Below are positions 47,047 to 55,361 of a stretch of DNA of 64,000 nt, piece after piece. A program made the position numbers and the translations under genes. A model generated the notes under the pieces. That model had not been told where the DNA came from. It saw only the letters and a list, made by a program, of their open reading frames with translations, and did no database searches. Each line of letters starts with the position of its first letter. Position 1 is the stretch's first letter. The DNA comes from Candidatus Sulfotelmatobacter sp. (lineage in GTDB: Bacteria > Acidobacteriota > Terriglobia > Terriglobales > Acidobacteriaceae), in NCBI GenBank assembly GCA_036844925.1, contig DAIUEW010000020.1, positions 4,716-68,715 on the forward strand, in the 5' to 3' direction.

Positions 47047-48195
47047 CTAGGCAATCACCAGCTCGCCGCCATGGTCTTTTTCAAGATTCATGGCTTGGTC
47101 GAGGGCGGTGATGGCGCATTGGGCCATTTCGTCGGACGGAGGCTGGGTAGTGATGCGCTGCAGCCACAGGCCGGGTGCGGTCATCAGGGCGAAGAGTGAG
47201 CCGCGATGTTTGGCGGCGAAGCGGATGATTTCGTAGGAAACGCCGGCGATCACAGGCAACAGCGCAACGCGCGAAGCGAAGCGCGCCCAGAATGTGGTGA
47301 ATGGTACCAGCATGTAGAAGAAGATTGAGATCAGCATCACCGTCATCAGGAAACTGGTGCCGCAGCGCGGGTGATATGTTGAATATTTCTGCACGGAGGC
47401 GGTTTCGAGCGGCTTGCCATCTTCGAAGGCGAAAACAGTTTTGTGCTCGGCGCCGTGATATTGATAGACGCGGCGAATGTCTGGGAACAGCGAGACTCCC
47501 CAGATAAAGAGCAGGAAGAGGATCAGGCGCACAGCGCCGTCAACCAGGTTGAAAACGATTTGACCGCCGAGGGCGGGATTCGCTTTCTTCAGTTCCGTGG
47601 CCGCTAGCAGTGGCAGGTATTTGTACATGAAAATGAAAAACGCCAGCGAGATGATGACGTTGGCTGCGGCCAGCCATCCGCTGATGTTGGCGGCTTTTTC
47701 CCGAGATTGAGATTTGGCTGAGACTGTCGGGATAGGTTCCGCCTCGCTTCGCCCGTTCGACAGGCTCAGGGCAGGCTTCGGCGGGACGGCCGAGGCGGCC
47801 GTCTCCACATGGCCGGTGGTGGATGGCTCATCTTTTTGCATTACATCTTCGATGGCGACATTGGCGGAGAACCGCAGGGCGCGGTAGCCGAGGCTCATGG
47901 CGTAGCCGAGGGTCATGACTCCACGGAGGATGGGCCAGCCCATCCATTTATGCTTTTCCGAGGGACGCTCGAGCGGTTCACTCAGGGTGACCACTTCGCC
48001 GGAGGGCTTGCGACAAGCGATGGCCCAGGCGTGCGGAGAACGCATCATTACGCCTTCGAGGACGGCTTGGCCGCCGACCAGGGTTTCTTCACCGCTTTCC
48101 AGCGCGGGCAAAAGCTGCACTGCTACCAGGAAGCGCACGAGATTTCGAAGGGAACGCACGGTACTTAGATGCTCCGGGCGCCGGGGACGCACCAA
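47047..48195 (-). CDS. DUF1385 (YqhQ-like) membrane protein
   Basis: GGQAVLEGVMMRSP and the C-terminal EHKTVFAFE...HPRCGTSF pattern. Usual position upstream of prfA. TTG/GTG start uncertain. Contains a ~50-aa REP-derived insert. Confidence 0.75.
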   Translation of the reverse strand: MVRPRRPEHLSTVRSLRNLVRFLVAVQLLPALESGEETLVGGQAVLEGVMMRSPHAWAIACRKPSGEVVTLSEPLERPSEKHKWMGWPILRGVMTLGYAMSLGYRALRFSANVAIEDVMQKDEPSTTGHVETAASAVPPKPALSLSNGRSEAEPIPTVSAKSQSREKAANISGWLAAANVIISLAFFIFMYKYLPLLAATELKKANPALGGQIVFNLVDGAVRLILFLLFIWGVSLFPDIRRVYQYHGAEHKTVFAFEDGKPLETASVQKYSTYHPRCGTSFLMTVMLISIFFYMLVPFTTFWARFASRVALLPVIAGVSYEIIRFAAKHRGSLFALMTAPGLWLQRITTQPPSDEMAQCAITALDQAMNLEKDHGGELVIA

Positions 48196-48266
48196 ACACT
48201 AGATTACCACAGGGCAATGCGTTCTATGCGTGGTTTTGGGGGGTAGTGTGGCCGCATGGCCGAAGA

Positions 48267-48310
48267 GTCGAGCTTCGCTCGACGGACAGCCGAGGGCGGC
48301 TGTCCCCACA
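48267..48310 (+). repeat. Double-hairpin REP, family D
   Basis: gtcgagc-ttc-gctcgac followed by ggacagccg-aggg-cggctgtcc-ccaca. Confidence 0.85.
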
Positions 48311-48380
48311 CAGGTATCTCGTGGGACAGGACACTAATCCAGCTAGAGGTCGGCTATGCTCAAAGAGCATCTTAAACTCC

Positions 48381-50177
48381 ATGCGAAAGCTTGCTGAAAG
48401 TGCCGAGGCGATTGCCGCCACCCCCAAGAGGTTGCTGAAGACGGGGATCGTGGCGGACTACCTGAAATCGCGCACTCCCGATGAGGCGGCGGTGTCGGCG
48501 GTGTTGCTCTCCGGACGAGCATTTCCTGCATGGGAGGAGACAACTTTGCAGGTGGGCGGCGCGCTATTGTGGCGCGTGGTGGCGGAGCTTTCTGGAAAGA
48601 GTGAAGCGGAACTTACAGCTACCTATCGGAAGCACGGAGATTTGGGTGCGGTGGCCGGGCAGGTTCTGGAACAGCGAGCTGGACAAGGGTTGGGAGTGGC
48701 GGAGGTAAGCGGAGTTTTTCGTGAGATCGCAGCGGCACGCGGGCCGGCAGCAAAGGCGGCTCTGGTCCGCGATTTGCTGGGGCGAGCGACTCCGCTCGAA
48801 GCCAAGTACATCGTGAAGATCATGACTGGCGATTTGCGGATTGGGCTGAAAGAGAGCCTGGTCGAGGAAGCGATCGCCAGGGCATGCGGCGGCACGCTTG
48901 CGGGGGCGTTGGAGAAAGTGCAGCGAGCGAATATGTTGCTCGGGGATATAGGCGAGACGCTGAGGCTGGCTGTCGAAGGCAAGCTCGGCGAAGCTAAGAT
49001 GCGGATGTTTCATCCGCTGGGATTCATGCTTGCAAGTCCGATTGAGTCGGCTGAAGAAGGGCTGAGTTATTTCGCAGAGGCTGCAGTAGAGGACAAGTAC
49101 GACGGGATTCGAGCGCAGGCGCACGTGGCTGACGGCGAGGTGAAGCTTTTTTCGCGCACTCGGGATGAGATCACAGAGTCGTTTCCGGAGTTGCCTGACG
49201 CGCTGGCGGGACTGCCACAGGATGCGATTCTCGATGGCGAGATTGTGGCCTGGGAGTACCCGGCGAATGTTGAGGATACGCTGAAAGTGGTTGACGAGCC
49301 GCTCACGGACACGGGAGAAGCGAAGGCGATGAATCTTGGGCGGGCTCGGCCCTTCAGCGTGCTGCAGCAGCGGCTGGGGCGTAAGAAAATCAGTGAGCGC
49401 ATGTTGCGGGAGGTTCCTGTCGCTTATCTCGTGTTCGACGTTTTATATTCGGGCGGGCAGTTGCTGATTGATAGTCCGCTGCGGGAGCGTGCTCGGGTAC
49501 TGGATGAATTGCTGAGAGCGGAGGGAAAAATCATTCACCACAGAGGCACAGAGACACAGAGAAAGACGGGGCAAGGGAAGCTAATCTTTGAGGAACAGAG
49601 CCGGGAGAATAACCTGGCGGCGGGAGTTATCCGCGCGCCGGTGTTTCGCGCGAACTCGTCCGAGGAATTGGAAGAACTGTTTGCGGCCGCGCAGGAGAGA
49701 GGCAACGAAGGATTGATGATCAAAGACCTCGAGTCGGCTTACATGCCAGGGAAGCGAGGGAAGTCGTGGCTCAAGATGAAGCGCGAACTGGCCACTCTCG
49801 ACGTGGTCGTAACAGCGGTCGAATACGGTCACGGCAAGCGCGTGGGCGTGCTCAGCGACTACACGTTTGCAGTATGGGATAAGGATAAAGAACGGTTGGT
49901 GAATATCGGCAAGGCATATTCGGGCCTGACGGACGTTGAGATTGCGGAAATGACGCAGTGGTTTCTGGAGCACACGGTTGAAGATAACGGTTTTCGGCGG
50001 ACGGTTGAGCCGAAGGTGGTGCTCGAAGTGGCTTTCAACAATATGATGCAGTCAGAGCGGCACGAGAGTGGATACGCGCTGCGCTTTCCAAGGATCGTGC
50101 GGTTAAGGCCGGATAAGACGGCGGATGAGGCGGATACGATTGAACGGGTGCGGGAGATTTATGAACAGCAGAACTAA
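48381..50177 (+). CDS. ATP-dependent DNA ligase (three-domain, Cdc9/LigB-like)
   Basis: Motif I EDKYDGIR, III LVFDVLY, IV EGLMIKD, V SWLKMKRE, then an OB domain. Start at the ATG at 48381; the ORF extension to 48246 translates a REP. Confidence 0.85.
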   Translation: MRKLAESAEAIAATPKRLLKTGIVADYLKSRTPDEAAVSAVLLSGRAFPAWEETTLQVGGALLWRVVAELSGKSEAELTATYRKHGDLGAVAGQVLEQRAGQGLGVAEVSGVFREIAAARGPAAKAALVRDLLGRATPLEAKYIVKIMTGDLRIGLKESLVEEAIARACGGTLAGALEKVQRANMLLGDIGETLRLAVEGKLGEAKMRMFHPLGFMLASPIESAEEGLSYFAEAAVEDKYDGIRAQAHVADGEVKLFSRTRDEITESFPELPDALAGLPQDAILDGEIVAWEYPANVEDTLKVVDEPLTDTGEAKAMNLGRARPFSVLQQRLGRKKISERMLREVPVAYLVFDVLYSGGQLLIDSPLRERARVLDELLRAEGKIIHHRGTETQRKTGQGKLIFEEQSRENNLAAGVIRAPVFRANSSEELEELFAAAQERGNEGLMIKDLESAYMPGKRGKSWLKMKRELATLDVVVTAVEYGHGKRVGVLSDYTFAVWDKDKERLVNIGKAYSGLTDVEIAEMTQWFLEHTVEDNGFRRTVEPKVVLEVAFNNMMQSERHESGYALRFPRIVRLRPDKTADEADTIERVREIYEQQN

Positions 50178-50182
50178 ATCTG

Positions 50183-50211
50183 TTGACACTGCCTCTTCCT
50201 GTGCCTAGCCT
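50183..50211 (+). promoter_or_regulatory. Candidate promoter for a leaderless parDE transcript
   Basis: TTGACA (50183-50188), 17-nt spacer, TAGCCT (50206-50211), 7 nt, ATG at 50219. No SD. Confidence 0.35.
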
Positions 50212-50218
50212 TGTAAGC

Positions 50219-50443
50219 ATGGACGTACCCCTCAACCCCGAGTTGCAGGCAAAGCTTAGACGGTTGGCGGAGCAGCAGGGCCGAGCTAGTACGGCTCTTA
50301 TCGTTGAGGCTGTCGAGCGTATGGTGAACTACGACGAGTGGTTCCTGCGTGAGGTAGACAAGGGCCTCGCTGCTGCTGACCGTGGCGAGCTCGTGGATCA
50401 CTCGGATGTCAGGAAAATGATTGACAAGAGGTATCCGGGCTAA
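50219..50443 (+). CDS. parD: Type II antitoxin, ParD/RHH-like
   Basis: 74 aa. N-terminal ribbon-helix-helix-like LNPELQAKLRRLAEQQGRASTALIVEAVERM. The stop overlaps the toxin ATG (TAATG). Confidence 0.65.
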   Translation: MDVPLNPELQAKLRRLAEQQGRASTALIVEAVERMVNYDEWFLREVDKGLAAADRGELVDHSDVRKMIDKRYPG

Positions 50444-50724
50444 TGATTATTCGCTGGACGGATGCTGCCGTCCGCGACTTCACTCACATTTGCGATTACA
50501 TTGACGAACACCGCAGCAGTGCCGCGGCACGCCGCGTCGCCCTTTCCATCCACCGCCAGATTGACCTGTTGGCGGAGTTCCCCGAATACGGAAGAACAGG
50601 TCGAAAGCTGGACACGCGCGAACTGGTCTTTACTGGCTTGCCGTATCTCGCGGTCTATCGCATTCGTGAAGATGCGGTAGAGATCGTCCGAATTCTTCAT
50701 GGCGCACAAGACTGGCCGGAGTAA
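50443..50724 (+). CDS. parE: Type II toxin, RelE/ParE family
   Basis: 93 aa. IRWTDAAVRDF...I..YI, ELVFTGLPYLAVYRI..D.VEIVRILHGAQ is typical of ParE. Confidence 0.8.
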   Translation: MIIRWTDAAVRDFTHICDYIDEHRSSAAARRVALSIHRQIDLLAEFPEYGRTGRKLDTRELVFTGLPYLAVYRIREDAVEIVRILHGAQDWPE

Positions 50725-50742
50725 ATTCAGGTAAGGGCGCTC

Positions 50743-51684
50743 TCAGTGGCTGTGATGATGATGCCCTTCGCTTTCGCCCACTGGTATCACGCATCCATGA
50801 GCCACTTCGCATTCCACGTGCTCGAACTGGATAGTGGTGTGGTCGATGTGGAAGCTGTGGTGCAGGCGGTCTTTCACGTCGCGCAGGATGCGCTCGCTGA
50901 CCGAGGGCGGGATGTCGGCAATCGAGATGTGGCAGGAGAGTGCTCGAGTCTCCGAGCCGATGCTCCAGCAGTGAAGATCATGGACATCATTCACTCCATC
51001 GATGGAGCGGATCGTGTTTTCGACGAGTTCGAGTTTCACGCCACGCGGGGTGCCTTCGAGCAGAATGTTAAGGGTCTCGCGCACGATGCCGAAGCCTGAC
51101 CAGAGGATCAGCGCGCCGATTCCGAAAGAGAGCGCGGAGTCGATCCAGGTATCGCCCGTGACCAGAATGGCCCATCCTCCGGCGATCACGGCGGCGGTGG
51201 AAAGAGTGTCGCCCACTTCATGCAGCAATGCGCTGCGGATGTTCACGTCGTTTCCAGAACTCTGGCCGGAGCGGTACAGCAGCCAGGCAATCACTCCGTT
51301 CATCGCCACGCCCGCCGCGGCGACCCACATCATCACTGAGGCCTGCACATGCTGGGGATGCTGCAGGCGGTGAAACGCCTCGTAGAAGATAAAGAAGGAG
51401 ACGGCGACCAACGATACGGCATTCACCAGCGCGGCCAGCACTCCGGCGCGATGGTAGCCGTAGGTCTTCGTCGAACTGGCGGGACGCGATTGCAAATAGA
51501 CCGCCACCAGCGAGAGCAAAAGCGCTAAGAAGTCGGAGAGGTTGTGTCCGGCTTCGGAGAGCAGGGCCAGCGAATGAGCGCGGATTCCTGCGACCACCAG
51601 CAGCACGATGTAGGCCAGGGTCACGCCGAGCGAGATCTTGAGGACTCGCTTGGGACCACCCCCGCCATGAACGTGAACGTGCAT
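50743..51684 (-). CDS. Cation diffusion facilitator (CzcD/ZitB-like) transporter
   Basis: HxxxD pairs in TM2/TM5 (HNLSDFLAL, HEVGDTLST). His-rich N and C termini (HVHVHGGGG, GHHHHSH). An alternative TTG start lies at 51720. Confidence 0.85.
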   Translation of the reverse strand: MHVHVHGGGGPKRVLKISLGVTLAYIVLLVVAGIRAHSLALLSEAGHNLSDFLALLLSLVAVYLQSRPASSTKTYGYHRAGVLAALVNAVSLVAVSFFIFYEAFHRLQHPQHVQASVMMWVAAAGVAMNGVIAWLLYRSGQSSGNDVNIRSALLHEVGDTLSTAAVIAGGWAILVTGDTWIDSALSFGIGALILWSGFGIVRETLNILLEGTPRGVKLELVENTIRSIDGVNDVHDLHCWSIGSETRALSCHISIADIPPSVSERILRDVKDRLHHSFHIDHTTIQFEHVECEVAHGCVIPVGESEGHHHHSH

Positions 51685-51797
51685 TCTATAAGTGTACGGG
51701 CGAGGGGAGACGGGCTTCAAGCGGCGGCCGGAATCAGTTTGTGTCTGACGTTTAAGACACTACCCTGGAATCAATTTGTGATCCAGGCGAAGAAAGC

Positions 51798-51842
51798 GTC
51801 GAGCTTTGCTCGATGGACAGCCGGGGGCGGCTGTCCCCACAT
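51798..51842 (+). repeat. Double-hairpin REP, family D
   Basis: tcgagc-ttt-gctcga followed by ggacagccg-gggg-cggctgtcc-ccacat. Confidence 0.85.
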
Positions 51843-51867
51843 TGAGCTCCCGCAGCTACGAGGCCGG

Positions 51868-54627
51868 TTAGCGCTTGAAGAGGCTCTGCAGGTAGCGGTC
51901 GTTATAGAGGGAGGTTGAGCTCTGCACGAACTCCAGAACACGGTACATGATATCCCGCGAGTCGCGACTCATCTCCTTGAATTGCACTGCTACTCCCGAG
52001 CCGGGATGGAGTCGAGCGATGGTGCCCTCCGCTGTCAAAGCACCGTCATCCATGGAAAAGATCACTTTGACATTCGAGGCGGGAGATAAGATCGCGCTGG
52101 TTTCAACGTAGCAGCCGCCGAGACTGATATCAATTAGATTTCCGAAGATGGGGTCGCCAGCATCGGAGTGCAGCTCCACCGTGAGCCGGCATTTCATGCG
52201 GGTGTGCAGCCGCTGATCTTTCTCCGTAGGTTGCTTCTGCTTCTCGACATACATGCGCCGGTCGGCTTCGGTGAGGAGCTGCTCGGCATCATTGCCATCG
52301 TCTGGAGAAACGGCGACTCCCACGCTCAGCGAGAGGATCTGTTCGCCGCAAACCTCAAAGCCCGCCTGCATGGCAAGGGGGCGAATCTGGTCAACTTTCT
52401 TGGTGGCGGCATCGGCCGGCAGTCCCGGAGCGATGACTACAAATTCGTCTCCACCCATGCGGGCCACGTAGTCGTATTCGCGACATGTGTCTTTCAGGGC
52501 CTGAGCGAACAAACGCAGAACACGATTTCCCTCGAGGTGGCCGAAGCGATCGTTGATTTTCTTGAAGCCGTTCATGTCGCAGACCATCAGGGTGAGGGAG
52601 ATTTTGTCGCGTTTGCAGCGGGCTAGCTCGCGGTCGAGTTGCAAAAAGAGCGACCGGGCATTGGGCAGACCGGTAAGATAATCGGTAGTAGCGGAGCTTT
52701 CCGCCTGCTCGTATTTGAGAGCATTTTCGATGGCGAGAGCCATCTTTCCGCTCACGGCCAGGAGCAGGCGAAGATGATCGGAGGTAAAAGCATCGCGCTC
52801 GGAGCGGTAGAGGGCGAGAACACCGATCACGCCCGAGATGCCCTCCAGAGGAACAGCCAGGGCGGACCGAAGTGTGCTGAACTTGTCGGGATCGTTCAGA
52901 TAGCCAGGCTCAACTGAAGGATTACCGTTGATAATGGGTTTCTTATTCTGTGCCACCCAACCCGACAGACCGTCGCCCACAGGAATTCGCAAAGAGGAAA
53001 AAAGCCGATAGTTATCGCCATTTACATACTCCGGCATCAACACATCTTCGCGCAGGATGTAGATGGCGATCGCATCGTAGGGAACCATGGGCTTGAGCTT
53101 CACCGAGAAAACCGAGAGCGTCTCGCCCAAGCTCAGGGAGGCACCCAGGTTCTGGCTCAACTCAAACAGAGATTGCGCCTCCTGGCGAGCCGCAGCGATC
53201 GACGAGAGAAAAGTTGCTTCCCTGCCGGGCGCGTCCGAGACAGACGCATTTTCGTATCCCGCAGATGGCGCTGGTCCGCGCGTGACCTTGAGTTCGGCAG
53301 GCAACGCCGGGTCGCCAGCCTGGCCTGATTGGGCCAAGGCCAGATTTTCCAGGGTTCGATAACAGCGCTGGAGAACACTCACGACTTTCGGATCAAACGA
53401 CTTGCCCGACTCTTCAGCCAGCCTCTTCATAACCTCATCGAGCGGCATCGCCCGGCGATACTGACGGTCGGAAGCCAGAGCGTCGAGAAAATCGACCGCG
53501 GAAAGCACGCGCGCGCCAATCGGAATCTCTTCGCCTTTCAGGCCAAAGGGATAACCAGAGCCATCCCACTTTTCATGATGGGCTCGCACGATCGGCACAA
53601 CCGGATAGGGGAAGCGGACTCGTTCCAGAATCTCCGCGCCGACAACGGTGTGAATCTTCATCTTCTCGAACTCTTCCGGGGTTAGCCGGCCGGGCTTGGC
53701 GATGATGTGTTCAGGCACGGCGAGTTTACCGATGTCGTGCAGCAGCGCCGCGGCGTGAAGAGCATCCAATTCGGTGCCCTTAAGGCCCAATTCTTTGGCT
53801 ACTTCAATGGCGTAGATGCGAACCCGCTGCAAGTGAGCGTGGGTAGTCTGGTCTTTGGCCTCAATGGCGAGGGCGAGGGCTTCAATGGTTCGGAGATGCA
53901 GGTTGGCAATCTCTTCGACGTGCCGCTTCTGATCCTCCAACTTTCCCAGATACAGGCGGTAGGAGCGGTAGATGATATACATTGCCGGGACGAAGAGGAG
54001 AGACGACTCCCAATTGAATTCCTGGTTAAACCAACCAATCGCGCCTGCGATTCCTGCGCCCACCAGATAGTAGGGGAAAGACCACAAATAGCAGTCCACC
54101 AGAATCCGCCGAAGAGGCCTGCCTTCACTGAAAGAAATCACGGCGCCGATGCACCCTGCGTTCGCGATGAAGTAGGTCGAAGCCGCAAGACATAGGATCA
54201 GTGGACGACTGGCGATGAGTTCGTTGGCCAGACCATTGTGATACACAACGTAAGCCAGAGCGGTGGAGAGGGCGCCGGCACAAACGTTGAACGTCAACTG
54301 GATTGCGTTCGGGCGGTTGGGATACAAAGTCTGGGCCAACATGGAGATCGCTCCCAGAGTCATTGCCTCGGAGTAGCTCAGCTCCGCGATGCCTACCAAG
54401 ATAAACAGGAAGTTGACCGAAAGCGTGCCCGTGATACCGGGCAGGGTGACGCGCAGCCGCGACGCCAAGACCGCCACGCCCAGATAACAGATGAACTGTG
54501 CGATGTTTTTGCTACTCTGATGGATCGCCGCCTGAAGCAGCGAAGCCGTGCCGATCGTGATCACCAGGCCGATGAAAGCCTTGGCGCCGATGGGCAAACC
54601 CTTCCACGACTGTTCTTGAGTGGACAT
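51868..54627 (-). CDS. Membrane-anchored HD-GYP / GAF / GGDEF / PilZ multidomain c-di-GMP signalling protein
   Basis: 919 aa. About 7 N-terminal TM segments. HD-GYP (LLHDIGKLAVPE, HHEKWDGSGYP). GAF-like segment. GGDEF with I-site (REYD-YVARM-GGDEF). C-terminal PilZ motifs (RLHTR = RxxxR, DISLGG = DxSxxG). Confidence 0.85.
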   Translation of the reverse strand: MSTQEQSWKGLPIGAKAFIGLVITIGTASLLQAAIHQSSKNIAQFICYLGVAVLASRLRVTLPGITGTLSVNFLFILVGIAELSYSEAMTLGAISMLAQTLYPNRPNAIQLTFNVCAGALSTALAYVVYHNGLANELIASRPLILCLAASTYFIANAGCIGAVISFSEGRPLRRILVDCYLWSFPYYLVGAGIAGAIGWFNQEFNWESSLLFVPAMYIIYRSYRLYLGKLEDQKRHVEEIANLHLRTIEALALAIEAKDQTTHAHLQRVRIYAIEVAKELGLKGTELDALHAAALLHDIGKLAVPEHIIAKPGRLTPEEFEKMKIHTVVGAEILERVRFPYPVVPIVRAHHEKWDGSGYPFGLKGEEIPIGARVLSAVDFLDALASDRQYRRAMPLDEVMKRLAEESGKSFDPKVVSVLQRCYRTLENLALAQSGQAGDPALPAELKVTRGPAPSAGYENASVSDAPGREATFLSSIAAARQEAQSLFELSQNLGASLSLGETLSVFSVKLKPMVPYDAIAIYILREDVLMPEYVNGDNYRLFSSLRIPVGDGLSGWVAQNKKPIINGNPSVEPGYLNDPDKFSTLRSALAVPLEGISGVIGVLALYRSERDAFTSDHLRLLLAVSGKMALAIENALKYEQAESSATTDYLTGLPNARSLFLQLDRELARCKRDKISLTLMVCDMNGFKKINDRFGHLEGNRVLRLFAQALKDTCREYDYVARMGGDEFVVIAPGLPADAATKKVDQIRPLAMQAGFEVCGEQILSLSVGVAVSPDDGNDAEQLLTEADRRMYVEKQKQPTEKDQRLHTRMKCRLTVELHSDAGDPIFGNLIDISLGGCYVETSAILSPASNVKVIFSMDDGALTAEGTIARLHPGSGVAVQFKEMSRDSRDIMYRVLEFVQSSTSLYNDRYLQSLFKR

Positions 54628-54877
54628 CGTCTAGGACTTGATGCGGTCCCTGGGGGCTGGCGCAGGAACACCAACAGCAAGGATAACGGGCTAACAGGTT
54701 TAGTAACAATGATTTATAGACCGCCGCGCAAACTTCGGTAACGCTGTGGAAGTACTTTGGGGAAGCGGACTTGTGGGGGTCATCGTGATGAAAAGACTTC
54801 GGAGAGTTTGGTGGATCGCAGGAGTAGAATGCCGAATTAGAACGTAACCTTTCGAACGTAACCTGAGGAGGCCCGCG

Positions 54878-55198
54878 ATGAAAGCCTCAGCCTTGTCTCT
54901 TGTGTTGTTGTTATCGTCCGCGGCGCTGGCGCAGGGCCGCCCAATTCCGCCTGGGGTCCTACAGGGCAACCGGGCTGTGTTGCAAGGTGAGAAGGACGTC
55001 CCGCCCCCGCTGAATCAGCGAGCGTCGGTCGATCCTGCGAAACTCAGGCACGATGCTGACGAGCTGGCGAGTTTGGCGCAGTCCGTGCCCTCGGCTATCG
55101 ACCAGACGACAAAGGGTGTCCTGCAGAAGGACCTGAGTGAAAGGCTGAAACGAATTGAAAAGCTGGCGAAACAACTGCGCTCACAAATTTCTCAATAG
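54878..55198 (+). CDS. Small secreted hypothetical protein
   Basis: 106 aa. GAGGAGG RBS. Signal peptide MKASALSLVLLLSSAALAQG. Helical charged C-terminus. Confidence 0.45.
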   Translation: MKASALSLVLLLSSAALAQGRPIPPGVLQGNRAVLQGEKDVPPPLNQRASVDPAKLRHDADELASLAQSVPSAIDQTTKGVLQKDLSERLKRIEKLAKQLRSQISQ

Positions 55199-55309
55199 GC
55201 TGGGTGGCAAAGTTAAAAGGCGAGTGCGCCGGCAGTGACTACAGGATCTGCGTCAATACTTGTGTCGTCCCCTCAGCCGCTGCGCGGCGTGTAGCCCTCT
55301 TCCGGCAAT

Positions 55310-55348
55310 GAAAAAGCCGTGGCGCGTAAAGCGCCACGGCTTTGTTGT
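55310..55348. terminator. Bidirectional rho-independent terminator
   Basis: gaaaaa-AGCCGTGGCGC-gtaaa-GCGCCACGGCT-ttgttgtg. An 11-bp GC stem flanked by an A-tract and a T-tract, between the convergent genes 54878-55198(+) and 55362-58985(-). Confidence 0.7.
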
Positions 55349-55361
55349 GCAATTCGACTTG

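Noticed and set aside
48246-48380. Upstream extension of the ligase ORF; likewise 45729-45818 for dinB and 51685-51720 for the CDF gene
   Set aside because: The extensions consist of translated family-D REP hairpins or start at non-ATG codons without an RBS. Internal ATGs match the family N-termini better.
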